NCBI GenBank assembly: GCA_051942205.1
Contig: JAVECO010000016.1
Span: 62,001-126,000, forward strand
Origin: Coniocarpon cinnabarinum
Taxonomy: Eukaryota
Direction: 5' to 3'
DNA: 64,000 nt
Within the stretch, counting starts at the first letter, position 1. Every line of letters begins with the position of its first letter. Shown piece by piece: positions 1-13,300 of the stretch. The notes beneath the pieces are model-generated. The model was not told the origin of the DNA. It ran no database searches and saw only the letters and a list, made by a program, of their open reading frames with translations. The position numbers were made by a program, and so were the translations under genes.

Positions 1-2953
1 TGCGGAGGCTTCAACATGAGTTCTTTGTCAGAGTCTGGAGCTTGATACCGACAGTTAGGACGAGTACGCCGCCAGGGCCTCTGTTAGGTTGTGTCGCTGC
101 ATGAAAGCCCGGATCCTTTTTCCGAACACGCAAATGAGGATACCCGGTACAGTGACGACACCACCCTGAAGGCAAGAACTATATGCCGAGTCGCTGCACT
201 TGTCCCCTGTCTTTCTGAGTGGTCTGCGGGATATGTTGACGCCGGATGACGCATCTGGTCACACCCGCTTGTGACTGCGCCGCATCTTGAGCGAGCCTGA
301 TGATGACCTTTCATTCGGTGACCCCGAGACATGTGTACGTGGAATCGCACATCAGTACTGCTGTAGGAACATTAGATTACGTTATTCCCATTCGTTTTTG
401 TGACGGAGCTCTCGGATGGATGCTGGCTGAAGGATATTGGCTGCCCACACAGTGTCGCGTGATCGTCGACTGACTGTGGGAGCTGCAGCATAAACATTCA
501 TGCCATAAAATGCTCTACCATTTAAGAATAAGAGCAACACACGGTCGTTTAGTCTAAGTGGATCCCTGTCTGCTTATTCTTCGCACGTGGTGGCCATCCA
601 GTCTTTTCCTTTCAGCCAAGTATGACTGATCAGCGGCCACCAGAACACATACACCCATTTGCAAGCGGCATGTATCAGGACCCCAGAGATTGTGATGCCG
701 AGAAGACACACACTCAATAGGTATGCGAGAGTCTCTGGAGCATCAGCGACACTCGTATTGGGAAGGGTGTAGTCCTCATGAGGATGAGCGAATCTGCGGG
801 GTGGCTTGATTTCATGATGTCGCTCTAAAGCCCCAAACAAACGCACGCTGCTAAGTTGACAGCAAGGCGAGAAGAGGTGGCCATTTCTCGTGCTCGCGTC
901 AGGGGTCCAGATTTTATTCACGCGGTCGCTTTCCAGGCATGACTGAATGGTTTGTTGTTGCCGAGCTGACAGAAATGTGGCAGGTGTGTAGATCCTGCTC
1001 TGAGAAGAGGTGGAGTGCATACGACGATACCATCGTCTGAGGTGTCGAGCGAAATACATGGCATCGATGGGAGAGAATTGCACTTGGAAAAAGCATTATC
1101 CGTCAAGGGTGGGATTGTTGATCTCTAGCTATTTTTGAGTAATCTCGGTGCTATTACTGATCCAGGTAATGGGAGCGTGGAATGGAATTTTGGCCTCGCT
1201 GTACATTCTTGCAAACCACTTTTTATAGCATTCGTCACATGACGCTCGATCTGATGTTGGCTGATCCCGTACAAAGGACCTTGGTTGTAGGGTTTGAATT
1301 TCGATTGGAATCTGAGCTCCTTATTAAAATGGTAACAACCGCTCGAGGTAGATTGTAATTCAATCACACGTCATGCCAGCTGCAAATGCGCTAGCCTTGT
1401 TTTCAGATCTTTTGCCGTTTAGCAAATGCCTAATGAATCTAATTGTATAGATAGCTGACAAACAAACACAATCGTGGTAATGAGAGTGATTTTCACAATC
1501 CCATTGACGATTAGGCATTTATCATGCTTCAGAGTACACCCGACACGCTTCGTGGTGTCGTTCGCTCTGCGGTTGGCCTCTTGCTGTTGCTCATTCGTCA
1601 TCTGATCAAATTTCCGACTCGACAGCATACGCAACGTTGCCAATGTTTCTGTACATAGATGCGCCTTCCGTTCAGCCTTACGCATTTGGGCAATGCGCAG
1701 GTTATCCTCTGTTGCTATAGCTGGTCGAGGTCGCGGCCTGGTATTTTGAAGTCGACACGATTGGTGGAAAGGCCGTCGCATTCGTGCGGCAGACGGTGTT
1801 CGAACGTACAGGGAGCGGAACGAGGTACTGGAACTAGCTTGAGACATCTTAAATGGTCGGAGATGGTCAAAATGGCTTGCAAGTGGTTGATTTTGCAGCG
1901 AGAGTGGTTCAAGATGACTGATTTCGGAGGCGACTGCAGCTTCAGAAGATTTTCGGCAACTGAAAAATGAGAGGCTTCAGCTGAAAGAATTGGGAGCAGT
2001 GCCAATAGATTGCTGGATGCCACCACAGCCGCGTTAAGTGCTTAAAAGGGTGAAAGCTCCGTTATTTCCCACATTTTCGAGCCTGCAGAATACTGCACCG
2101 AAGCAGTAGCTCTGCGGGATTGTGTAACATGAAATCTGTCTTTTGAATGACAAACAATATCAAAAACCCAGAAGTCAGTACTCAAGAGTTCTTGAGTATC
2201 ACGTTCAATCTTGCACCACTAATGTTGTCCACAGTTTTAGCAAATGGCTCACAGTGGTACCACGCTCTCTTGCAGTAGCAGCTGAAGCCTCGACTTTTTC
2301 CTGACTGCTTGAAAATGTAGAAACGGGATGCAACGCGCTTAACGCGCTTGTCCCGCCAGTCTCCGGAGGCGCTCTTGCCTGCTCGGTGATATTGTTACCG
2401 AGAGTCGTCTTTACGTTGGCATACATTGCGTTGAGGCCCCAGACGACATTATTCTGTCAGATGGCAAAGTTCTTGTGTTCGCCTTGACAGGATTTGGTCC
2501 TCTAGTGAGCTCGGTCCTACCGCTAACATTTTTATCAGAATCTCGAATGTGATTTTTTATGTTATGGGTGTGATAGTCGGTTTTGCTAAGACCTCCCATC
2601 GTAGAGGAAGTCTTCTGTTCGAAATCAACATCGCCAACGCTATGGTCAGGACCCCTCGCACAATTAATATTCTCGGAATCCGCACATTCTCTCTGACTCG
2701 ACTTGCCAGCCATGACAGGGCCCATTGTTCGCGACTTTTGAGCGACGCCCGTTCCCATCATAGGAACCTGTCTAAACAGAGCTGGTGTGAGTGCTAGGCC
2801 TGAGCCGGGGACACAGGCGTCATGGGGCGGGAACGCCAACAGTGACGTTGAAGATCTTGCTTGACTGGCCCCGTGATTGCATTGCAAACCTTGGACCCCT
2901 GACAGCACCGCTCTTGGTGTCTTATCAAGCCTGAAGGAAGACTATAATGTGTA

Positions 2954-4289
2954 TTAGCTGGAGACTTTTGATTTTGATGTCTCCATATGACTTACAGCTG
3001 CTGCGGCATCGACTTGTTGTCTTTGATGTGCCTTCCTCTGCTGACTGTAAGCTGTTTGGCACGCTTTGAGTCGCTCTTGCCGTGCCATCATCATTCTCTC
3101 CTCATTTTGCTGCTCTGAAACCAGTGCCTGCATCTGGCAATTCGCGTCTTCTGACTTGCTTTGAAATCGTTGGGATTCCTGAGATTCTAGAGCTGCACGC
3201 TCGGCAGGAACACGGTTCCTCGCGTGCGCGTTGTCATCTTCTGCTGTGAATGCATGCAACAGTGATTCTCCCTGAAGTGAGACCGAAGATGGTATCAGGC
3301 TTTGGTACTGCTTGCTTTTCTTAACAGGTGGCTGTATGTCTACCAGCAATTCAAGAGCCTGCTTGGCAAGTTCAGCATCTCTCTGACAAGTATTAAGTCC
3401 CTTGAGATGAATGTCTCTGTAAACATCTTTCTCGTCGCTTAAGTCTTCTCTAGCGCTTTCGATAGCAGCGATGGCGCGTTCAAGATACCCCACAATTCTA
3501 TCAAAATGACCGTTGACTTCGTCTTTGATATTAGTGATATTGAGCTAGGATGTGGCTAAATAGTGAAGGCTAGTATGGGGTGAGTGAGCTCGCTTGTGAT
3601 TCTTAAGTTTAGCCTACGTAGTGTCCCCTTCTAAGCGAGAGCTTTGATTTGCTCTCATGAGCGAATTATACCTTTCTTTGCATTCTTGGTCACAATCTGC
3701 ATGGGTTTCAATCTGCATGCGCTGTTCTGTTGCTTCTTTCTCAGATTTGCTACAGGCGTCAGTGGCAGCGAAGTGCTTTGCTCCAAGACGACTCACTCTA
3801 TGACAAGCGTTCGAGCATAATGCAACACTTGGACCATGAATGAGAGGGTGCTTTTTAGTTTATCCAGATTGCTGCGGATTATTTGCACGCGGTGCCCTTT
3901 CAATGGCCAGACTAGACGACCTACTAACGCCATTGAAGGCTTCGAGGAGGGCGTCGATTTGCGAAACTGGTTGAGCGCTCCATTGATCTCTTTGTCTGCA
4001 GCCATTGATCGTCTAGGGATTAGGGTCAGTCTTCGCCGAGTTCAAATGTCGTTGCTGAATAAGTGCACGCACTTCGCTAGCTGTCTGCAAGGCGTTATTG
4101 AAACAGAGCTGAGGACCGTCGTCCCTGTTTAAGACGTTTCCAAGCTCATTGATGACAGCAGATGTCAGTGAGACTTCTTGCGCGATGCTCTTCAAGCTTT
4201 TGTCAGCACGGACAGGAGTTTCTCGAGAGGTTGGCGCCTGCAGTTGCAACGCTGATGATTGAGCCTGTGATGCTGCAAGGGTCCGCAAT
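2954..4289 (-). pseudogene. Fungal STAND N-terminal (HeLo-like/SesA-type) domain protein with coiled-coil tail; start codon lost and frameshifted
   Basis: Reading from 4289 gives (ATT)ADPCSITGSIISVATAGANLS, the typical MADPLSI..SII.V N-terminus, but the ATG reads ATT. A frameshift leads to RADKSLKSIAQEVSLTSAVINELG. After a probable intron comes RLVWPLKGHRVQIIRSNLDKLKSTLSFMVQVLHYA. Helical exons follow at 3614-3796 and 2954-3493; the 3' end is uncertain. Confidence 0.65.
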
Positions 4290-4861
4290 CTTTTCTCATC
4301 ACGTATCAGACGCCCGACCTCCATGAATTTTGTACACTTGAAACAGCTTGAGGTTTTGATGTGATCTTTGCTCTTCAGCCTGCAAGGTCTACCAAAAAGT
4401 GACACTCCATGATATTTCTGGCTAACAAAACAGCGCTGCGATTGCTCGAGACTAAATAACCAAGCCAGGGAGCTATTGATCGAAAATGATAACCGAGACT
4501 GCGTATAGCATTATACGAGATCGCTTGGAACATTTCTTTCCAGTGGAGGCATACACCAATGAACAATCTGCCGGCTACTCTTGGGGAGAGCAATTAATTA
4601 GGGGGCATACACGTGAAAAGGCAGATTTCAGTATAGGTCCATCGCTGTGGACAGCCCCTTGTGGGCAGATTCTTTGAACGCGAGACAGCGCCAAGTCTCG
4701 TTCTCATTGGATGACATACCGACTTTGAGCAATGACTGGACACGAGTGGATAAGCAGAGACCATCTATATGACAGTGCACAACACTGCAACGTATCCTGG
4801 TCCCTCTGCATCTCAAGGAATGGGAGCGGATTTGATTACTTCCGGACGCCAGTCCGTGACC

Positions 4862-4876
4862 TAGGGTTAGGGTTAG
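4862..4876. repeat. Interstitial telomere-type repeat TAGGGTTAGGGTTAG (2.5 units)
   Basis: Read directly: ctagggttagggttagag at 4861-4878. Confidence 0.85.
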
Positions 4877-5136
4877 AGCCGCATCGCGTCGCGATACTGC
4901 GTAAATATGTACAACGCCTTTGCTTATAAGCGGGAGAAGCAGTCACGTGCCCGGTAGGGCCGCGCAGGGTAGGCCAGAGGTGATGCTCGCGCCCTGCCCG
5001 CGCTCACCCTGCCCAATGACATGACTGTAGTGATTAGAATGCCGCGCGCACCCTGCCCGGATGAGCCGGGTAAGCCGCGGATACGACTTGATAAGAACAA
5101 CGGACAAGGATTCGGAATGGTCGGACGGATGGAACT

Positions 5137-5180
5137 GCTAAATTTTAGGGGCTTGGGACTAGCAAGCCCCTAAAATTAGC
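5137..5180. repeat. Inverted repeat / hairpin with a perfect 15-bp stem and 7-nt loop
   Basis: AATTTTAGGGGCTTG (5141-5155) is the exact reverse complement of CAAGCCCCTAAAATT (5163-5177); GCT/AGC extend the stem past a bulged base. Confidence 0.9.
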
Positions 5181-5252
5181 GGTGGATGCCCTGCGTAGAT
5201 AGCGTCATAGTGCCCCCGCATGTCGCCACGAGCGACGGTATCGGCGTATGAA

Positions 5253-5273
5253 TACTACTACTACTACTACTAC
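5253..5273. repeat. (TAC)7 microsatellite
   Basis: Read directly. Confidence 0.95.
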
Positions 5274-8266
5274 TGCTTATAACCGAAGACGCTCGTGACT
5301 CTGCGGTCTAATGTATTCGAGCTCCCCCCGCTGACGTAGCTTGCGGGGCTGTTGAATGGCAAACAGGGCCTCCATGATTTGATGGGACTTAGGATGAGGC
5401 ACACATGTGTCATCGTTCATAGCGGCGCTGAACGAGGCCAGATTGCCTATGTATCGCAACGCATGGTGTACAAGAGGCCACATATCAACAGCAGCCAGTG
5501 AAGACAATTCGAATCAGAAACGCATGAAGTTAAGACTTGTTATCCTCGAGCGCTAACGAAAGAGTTCTAGACTTGTGCAAGAAGACGCTCACAATTACAG
5601 GCATACATCGGCATTTCTGGGACTATAGCGTAAGATACGGGCAGGAATAAGCGGGAAGAAGTACGAAAGATCACGTGATGTTCATCCAGTGTGTCTGCAC
5701 TGCCTTTTGAATTTCTATCTCTTGGGGCCCATATCACAGCGTCTCCATTCTTGGTCGTACCAGGAACACTACTTACAGTTAGCATCATGCATTCTCTTCA
5801 TACTCGCAGAGATATTGTGGACTCGCCCATTATGAGGGTGCTTGCATTCGACTGCATGGCCAACCCTGTTTGGGTTCTCGCACCCATCCTCGAGCTTCTG
5901 AGATGGACGAGAGAACCAATTGAACGGATTAAGAGCGTGACTGATTGAGGAGAAAGACCACATGTTTCGGAATAGTCTAGGATATGTGGATGTATGTGTG
6001 TGACGATAATTCGTCCCGTGACTTGTTGATGGGCGTCTGAGCAGAACCGTCATGTTGGGTTCGTGGGGCTAGAATTCATATTCCACAAGCCGGCCTGTGA
6101 CATTCATAAGGTGAACAGGTAGCTATTGATACTTTCGGGTGACGTGGAAATCGAGAGCTAGAGCTGTAGTGGCGAAGGCTGGCGAAGGCAGGCACGGGTC
6201 CTGTGCAGTACGAGGTGAAACTAACGAATGGCATACAACAGCCGATGGCACCCCGACACTCCCCAAATGGACGTATGATAGTGCATGGACTCAGTGGAAA
6301 CCGTGCGACCTCATGTTTCAGATGCATATGGCAGCAAACACGTGGCGCTCATCTGATCGCCCTCGCAAGCTTTGAACTCTTGTTAAGTAAACGCGCTTTA
6401 CTCTATTCGATGGATGTTGGAGTGCTACTCATGGAAAGCCCCAACTGCTTGTGCGACGGGCCGAATTGTTGGCGTTTGATCACTGAGTCAGGGTGAACGT
6501 GCAGCTTGTGGGGGCATCTTGCAAGCATACTCTGCAAAAGGTTTAGCCCGGATTCCAAGCTCGAATTATCTAGTGAATAGACGACGCTTGAGGGTGGCCA
6601 CATACAGGTTCAACATCGCTTGGAACACAGTGTGTCTGGCGGCTCACACAGGGAATTGCCGTGCATGTTCTCACACGGGCGCGCCAACGAAGGGGCTCAG
6701 AATTTGGCTACAAGACAGGCCGTGGCTTCGAAGAAAATGTAATGATGCTTGTCATCTTCGAGGGGATAATAAGGTAGACATCGACCAATCAGTTGACTTG
6801 TACCAAGATGCACTGCACGAGGCTCGTCTTCATTGAACCAGACTTGATAACGTTGAGCATGATCATTCGCTCGCTCAGCCGGTGAAACATTGATCATGAC
6901 CGAGTGTAATTGTATGGGCATACTTGTCTCGTGAGAGGAAAATGCTGGGACTAGTGATGGCGCCGCCCGGTCGATTTGTAGCAAATCTGGACGCAGAAAA
7001 GACAACACCGGGCACATAATTGTCATCTGTAGCTAACCACACGGTGCGGACGAGCGATGCCCAGGCTTGCGCATCATTCGACACCGATCAAATGAACAAG
7101 AAGGCCCCCGCGTGATTATTGATGCTCCACTCTCTCTGCTGAGCACGGACGCGGCGAAAGCCTGGCGATATAATCTTGTCGCCACACCGCCGGAGAGTCT
7201 GGCGTCTCTTCACGAACCTGGACATGGCGGGATCCTGAGGAATCCCGAGCGAACGACCGTTGTTTTGGCTGGCAGATGCACGATGCCAACTTGAGAAGGA
7301 AATGTGCACCAAGACTATCGTCGAGACAATCTTTGCGGACCTGACATGCACGTGCATGTGGGTCTTTGCAAGATCGTGGCGTGAGTGTGGACGGGAGGTA
7401 AGGACTAATATCGCATGTTTCTCCTTTGAGAGCTCTTTCCACGATGGCGCCTGGCGCTAGGCCCCGGAGCAGTTCCGTCCGGCCCCCCCCCATATCACGT
7501 GCCGTCTGCATCGCCTACGTCGGCAAGCAAGCTCAGGCGCACCAATACGTCCGCCGCTCTTCGTCGCTCACCTTCCAAGCAGGTTCTCGAGCTGGGAAAT
7601 GAAACGCCTGCCTCTCATATGTGTGCGTGCCACGCGCAACCGTCGCGCGATGCACGATGAATCCCGCAGCGAGCGTGGTATTCCTACCGCGACTGGTGCT
7701 CACGTAGCATGATGACTCCCGAAACAGTACACTGGCCGCTTTTAACATCTAGCTCGCGCTGCGGTCAATCTATTCCCCAACACGATGGGCTCTGCCAACC
7801 GGCACGGACGCGGGTCAACGTGATTCACGCTGATTTGGGCGCATTTGCGACGGAGTCAGGATTTCCCGACCAGGCAACGTTTGTGAAACCTGAGACGGAT
7901 CGCGACGCTCGTGTTCCGGTGCGTTTACGGAGTCGCCCTCGAGTGCACGAGTGTTCAATGTAAGCTGTATCACTGGCGGACTTGGCTACCTGCTCGGCGT
8001 ACAGGTCCTTACAGCTACGTACAACGCTCGGTTCCCTGGCTATCGATCGGATGGGCCACGTATCCACACAATGGAGCCTTTTCGTCGCCTCTGTAAGCAT
8101 AAAAGAGCAGGCTTGAGGCAAGTCTCGTGCTTGCACCTCGTTGACTCGCGCTGTCAGCCGGACTCGCCGCGTTACTTCCCACTCACGTAACGATTACGAA
8201 TGGTAGTCGGAAATCCCACGAGACCAGTAATTCAGAGCTTCAAGGAGCTGACCAATCACCCTCACC

Positions 8267-8602
8267 ATGCCTATCACTGCCGCCGATGTCACTTACCGTG
8301 ACCCAGACTTTCTCTCCGTAGGTATACACTCACGACTGCAACAGCGACGCCGTCCATTTCTCGACTGGCCGTCGCGATGACCATGTCGATGTCAACATCA
8401 CCGAGAACGGCCAGACGCGGAGCATGCATTTTCCCATGCCACCGGGATACCATGCGCTGCCGGGGAAAACAGCAGCAGAAAAAAAAAACGCGAGAAGCAT
8501 GAGAAGGCAGCGAAGAAAGCAGCGCAGAAGAAGAAGGAGGACAAGGACAAGAAGGGTGGTGACAAGAGAGGTCCTTCCGGTCGCGCAGTGGCGGCCAAGT
8601 AG
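8267..8602 (+). CDS. Small lysine-rich hypothetical protein with an apparent 1-nt frameshift in an A10 run
   Basis: MPITAADVTYRDPDF..., a possible short intron, then DHVDVNITENGQTRSMHFPMPPGYHALPGKTAAE. Adding one A at 8479-8488 gives KKKREKHEKAAKKAAQKKKEDKDKKGGDKRGPSGRAVAAK*. Confidence 0.4.
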
Positions 8603-8760
8603 AATAGAAGCTGAGTTGTAGCAACCTATGTGATAGCAGCACCTGTCTCTAGCGCAGGCACTGCCTCGCGAAGTGGCGTCTCGTAGTTGTCTTAGCTTTC
8701 CTGGGGCTTGTTCTTGACCAGGTAATTTGAAGCAACGCCTTAGTGCAGCATATCTCCTAT

Positions 8761-9267
8761 CTATTTCATCCACTCGCCGCGATAGTACTTCAGTCGATTC
8801 GGCAGTCCTGATCCTTTCAGGAAAGTCAAGAATCCTGCGATGACGGTGTTGATGGCGCCGAAAGCCGTGACGGCGGAGTGGTTGACGCTGCCTGCGCCCA
8901 TGGCCGTCAAAGACGCTGCGACGATGATCTGAAGACCCAAACAGGCGTTGATGAGAATGGAGTAGGTCTTGTAGCCACTCTTGGCGTGCATTTCATTGTG
9001 GATGATGCGAGGAAAGATGCCGACATTGGGCGCAGGTCGCTTGCTCGCGGTAAACCAGGTGCTGTTGGGTGGATGGATGGAGGTGTCTGAAGTGATGCCG
9101 ACGAGGAGGCGGAACGTCGCAAGCGGCGAGGTGGGATCAATCTTGGTGCGTGCAGTATCGCGTGATATGCGGGCTTCAGTCGGTATAGACACTGAGGCGC
9201 GTCCATTCTCGACGTCGCCGCCCAGGGGTTTAGAGCGTGGTATGGGAAGCACCGAGAGGATGCGCAT
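8761..9267 (-). CDS. SLATT (SMODS and SLOG-associating 2TM effector) fungal-family protein, probably C-terminally truncated
   Basis: LINACLGLQIIVAASLTAMGAG...AVTAFGAINTVIAGFLTFLKGSGLPNRLKYY matches the SLATT_fungal two-TM signature. Confidence 0.8.
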   Translation of the reverse strand: MRILSVLPIPRSKPLGGDVENGRASVSIPTEARISRDTARTKIDPTSPLATFRLLVGITSDTSIHPPNSTWFTASKRPAPNVGIFPRIIHNEMHAKSGYKTYSILINACLGLQIIVAASLTAMGAGSVNHSAVTAFGAINTVIAGFLTFLKGSGLPNRLKYYRGEWMK

Positions 9268-10307
9268 GACGTACGGCTCTGTGAATTATTGCGAATGGAA
9301 GCGCCACAGATGCAAGAACATGAAAAGAGAGGATTGAAAGAAGACAGCGAGCACGATACGAGAGCGACTACAAAGCTAGTCGTTGTTCCGACCGTTGACA
9401 ATTGACATGGGACGATGATCACCTTGGGCGCATGTTGACCAACGTGCAGTGAGCAGGCTGACCCGGAGAAAAAGGTGCATCACACAGTGATGTCTGAAGC
9501 CGTGCTGGAGAATGTGTCGATCTCCTTTTTAGTGATCGCGCCATTGATTGTGAGAGGTAGTGCTGAGCGTCCTTGTCGTAGCTGAAAGCATGAGCAGCTA
9601 GACAAAACGGGGTGAAAGGAGGCAGCGACACGAACATAAGTGTGGCTCTAGCCAGCGCTAGGGCTGCCGATCTGGGGTTCTAACACTGTTGTCGACCATT
9701 CAAGGTCTATCAGCTAGCCACTGCAGAGGATGTAGAAGGCTCAGCCTGGTCCGGACCCGGACCGATGCCGCAGACGAGCCGTTTGTTGTCAATCTAACCA
9801 TATATCACATGAGGCTGACAAATCACAAGTGCAATCGTGACAGCCATCATTGTCTCTGGCCAGGCAATTGGGACTCGCATGCAATTCAGACGTGGAGTCG
9901 ATGAGCCGATGAGTCGATGAGTACTTGATGGAGGGTCCATGGATTTCAAGAGCGTCCAAGGCACAACGTCAGTGGGGCGCTGCACGGATCAAAGTGGCTG
10001 CACGATCATCGTAAAGAAGTCCTCGGAGGATTAGCTGACTGCAGGTAATGAGCAGCATGTGAGACCGGGGGGAGAAACTAACAGTCAGCTGACATGATGA
10101 CCAGTCACCCAGTGCCTTGGAAATGGAGCGCAACGGGCAGGGTGCATTAGCGTCAGTCCGTCTGATGATATCCGCATCGCGCAGAGACCCCGTTTTCTGA
10201 CTTGCCGCATGCTTCGTACAGAGTATTCCTGGAGCCGCCAAAATACAAGGTGCATCCCACGAATCTTGCGCCCAGTGCTCTCGCTGCAGTCTTTCTACCC
10301 TATCTCG

Positions 10308-13300
10308 TCAGCCTTGCGATAGGTAGACAGGCACCCCATATACCACCATCGCCGCGCCGTTCAAGTATTTTAAGTAGCAATTACTTCGACCGACTGCGCA
10401 TGCCTCGCTTAAGCTGGTGAAGCTGGGCGTCGAACTTCCCTTCCCCTTCTCGACTTCTTCGTCCGATTTGCTCATCTTCTTACCCGCTCGAGCTCCTCTT
10501 CTTCGAGTCTTGGAACGATGCTGCCCGTTCAGCTCGTCTTGCTGGAATGCACCAGAATCGAGCAGTCCCCATTGGGTCAGCACGCTCCGCGAGAAGACAT
10601 CTAAATCTCCATCCGTAATGTCCCACAGAGCACCAAGGACTGCTGGCGCCCCTGCGTTAATATATGTCAACGGCGTGCCATACGCATTGAAATCCCCGCA
10701 GTAGACTGTATGCGCCGAAGAGCAGCCAAATAGTAGGGTCACTGTACATGTCGGCCGGTTTGTCAATGGCCTAGTGTTTGGCAATGAGGTCGTGTTGCTC
10801 GAGAGCGGCGGGCTTGCTGTCGGATTTTCGCCTTCGCGATAACGGAGAGCTCTAACACTTCTCGAACGTATGTATTGCATGCCACTGCCATGCCCGAAAT
10901 ACATTAAGATGGATGGCTCAACATCTTGTGCATTCTGTGAAAGAGCGCGCTGTAGTTCCGCTTCTGAGGGAGCACGGCCGGTGACATTTGTCCAGCCTTT
11001 TGCGCTCTTGAGGCTTGAGAGTGGCTCCTTAAATGCGCACTCTGTCCTCGGAATATCATCACCCGGGTTGAGAACATAAGTGCCCCGATCGGAAGATGCG
11101 GAAATGCCTGACGCTGCTCGAGGAAGACCCAGTGCTTGCTGTTCTTGCATGCAAAAGATGCGATCCTGGACGTCGACAATACTCGGCAACCTGCTGACTG
11201 ACTTACCGAGTAAACACGGCATTGTCTCCCACGGGATGGCGTGAAGCTTCTTGTCTAAAATGAGAATCAAGTGATTCTTTCCCTCTGGACTTCGTTCCGT
11301 GTTCGCTGTCAGGTGGTAAGCACGAAGTGCGTCCAAAGTCTCCACGATCATGGAGTCAAAATCTATTTCGTCATACGCATTGCTTTCTCCGTGAAATTGC
11401 AAGTTGTCAACAACGAAATATAACAGATCGGTCAGCATATTTTCAGCTTCGTCGGGGTCACTGTCGAGATTGCCAAGGTCTAAGAAAAGTTCATAGATGC
11501 GAGTATCCAGTGTAAGCAAACTCATGCCTCCCTTTTGCCGCTGTCGTGAGGGCAGTTGCTTGGTGAGGATTGCTTCAAATGACTTTCGAAAGCGCGCTAA
11601 CCCCGCGTCATGGTGCTTTTGGCCGCACAATATGCCACGAAAACCGCCTAACCACATGCGCTCGATGTTCCCAAGCAGATGACCCAATTTCCTATCAAGC
11701 TCCTCGCGTTTCTCCCACCAGGCTGTTCGCTTGTGCTTGACCACCGACACATCGTTGGCATATCCTTTTGCGCTTCGCATTGTCTCGTCAGAAGCAGCAA
11801 TGATATCTCGTAAAGTCTTTCGAGCGGTTTCGAACGAAAGAGTTTGCTCCAGGTCTGGGTCGGTGTCATCGGTATGTTGCCGACCCAAGGGTATACTCAG
11901 AGTGAATGGAGTCTCACAGGCTCTATACCGAGTCAAAAACATCTGCTTCGAATCTTCTGATACTGACATGGAGAGGATGGTCCATGTTGGGGGTACCTTT
12001 TCGCCTAATTGAAAGGATGCCGTTGACACCAATGGTGGAGCGAGGATGGCATTGTTAGGAGTTATTGCATCGCTGTTGCGTTCAGTGCTCCGTCTAGCAT
12101 CTTCCTTCATGAACTCTCTTTCGAGAAGTACAGTTTTGTTTCGATTGTCATCCAGAAAGAAGCTCAGTAGTTGCGCAGACTTCAAAGTGGACTCTTTTGC
12201 CAGCTTCGGCAAAGACAGTGCAGTCACGCCCTTGACCAACAGAGAACACAGCCGAGACCTTCCTCGGTTGGAAAGCCAGCGATCGAAATGATAGTGAGCT
12301 GTTGCCGCCATCTCGGTGACTTGGAGGTACATCTCTGCCGGACCCGAGCGTTTCGGCAGCACGAGATCCAGTAGTTTGAGCCACTGTAATCTGGCGTTTT
12401 CCGGAGACTCTACGTCAAGGTCCCGTGATCGAAGACACTCTTGTTCGTCCGCACCTGTGATCGCGGGACTTGCGATTGTGGATTCCGATAACATACTTAG
12501 CACAGTGTCTTTAGACAACTGTTCTGCACCACTATTCAGAACGAGCGCTGCGATTGCAAGCTCGACCTCCAGATCAAGACTTAGTCCTTCGAAATGTGAG
12601 AAGCTTTCTCTTAAGGATTGGACCGCGTCTTCAGTCTGGCCCAATGCAAGCAAGCAGGATGAACGGCCGACATTTGCTTGCGCCATCAAGCCTCTCCAGA
12701 TTAATGGGCCACTGACTGTGCTCCGGTCGTATGTGGCATGCGGCCTTGCTTTTTTGCTTTTGTCTTTGCTGCCAGCCCTCGTCTCAGAGCTCTGAGTACT
12801 TTTCGAGAATGTTTGCAGTGAATATTCTAAGCTTTGGCTTACGCCCTCCGACACTCGGCTCAAAAGCTTCGAGATGACGTTGGAGCTGTTGACCGCACGC
12901 AATGTATCTCGTGCAGAATCGTAAGCACTGATTGCATCTTGCCATCTCTCCTGCTTATAGTGAGCGTTGCCATGGAGCAACAGGCTTTGCACCAGGATCT
13001 GACTAGGCTTTGGCACTGCAGGCACATGCATCAGTCGCGATGAAGCTTGTACACCTTCCTGAAGCTCTTCTGCTTCAGTCGCAGAGTTCGTCTGCAACGC
13101 TTTGGAGTAATCTATAAGGCACCGCGAATCGATCATCTGAGCCACTTTCGCTGCCTCGTGCTCGGCTGCTGCGCCGTCCTTTCTTGCACCGCAGTGTCTG
13201 CCTATGTGGGACATCCTAACTGCGGCGAAGAAGAGCGTGGACGCGAGTGGCCAAAATCTGACCCCAACAAGTCCTTTAGCGTCCGGAGATGCTGAGGTTG

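Noticed and set aside
84..2908. ORFs at 574-1083, 1419-2026 and 2205-2908
   Set aside because: No recognisable domain or consistent exon structure; may be decayed genes or a tail of the 2954-4289 gene
5277..7084. Glycosyltransferase family 8 relic (AWASL...TDDNYVPGV at about 7.0 kb)
   Set aside because: Only one short motif resembles GT8; no DxD or later motifs found
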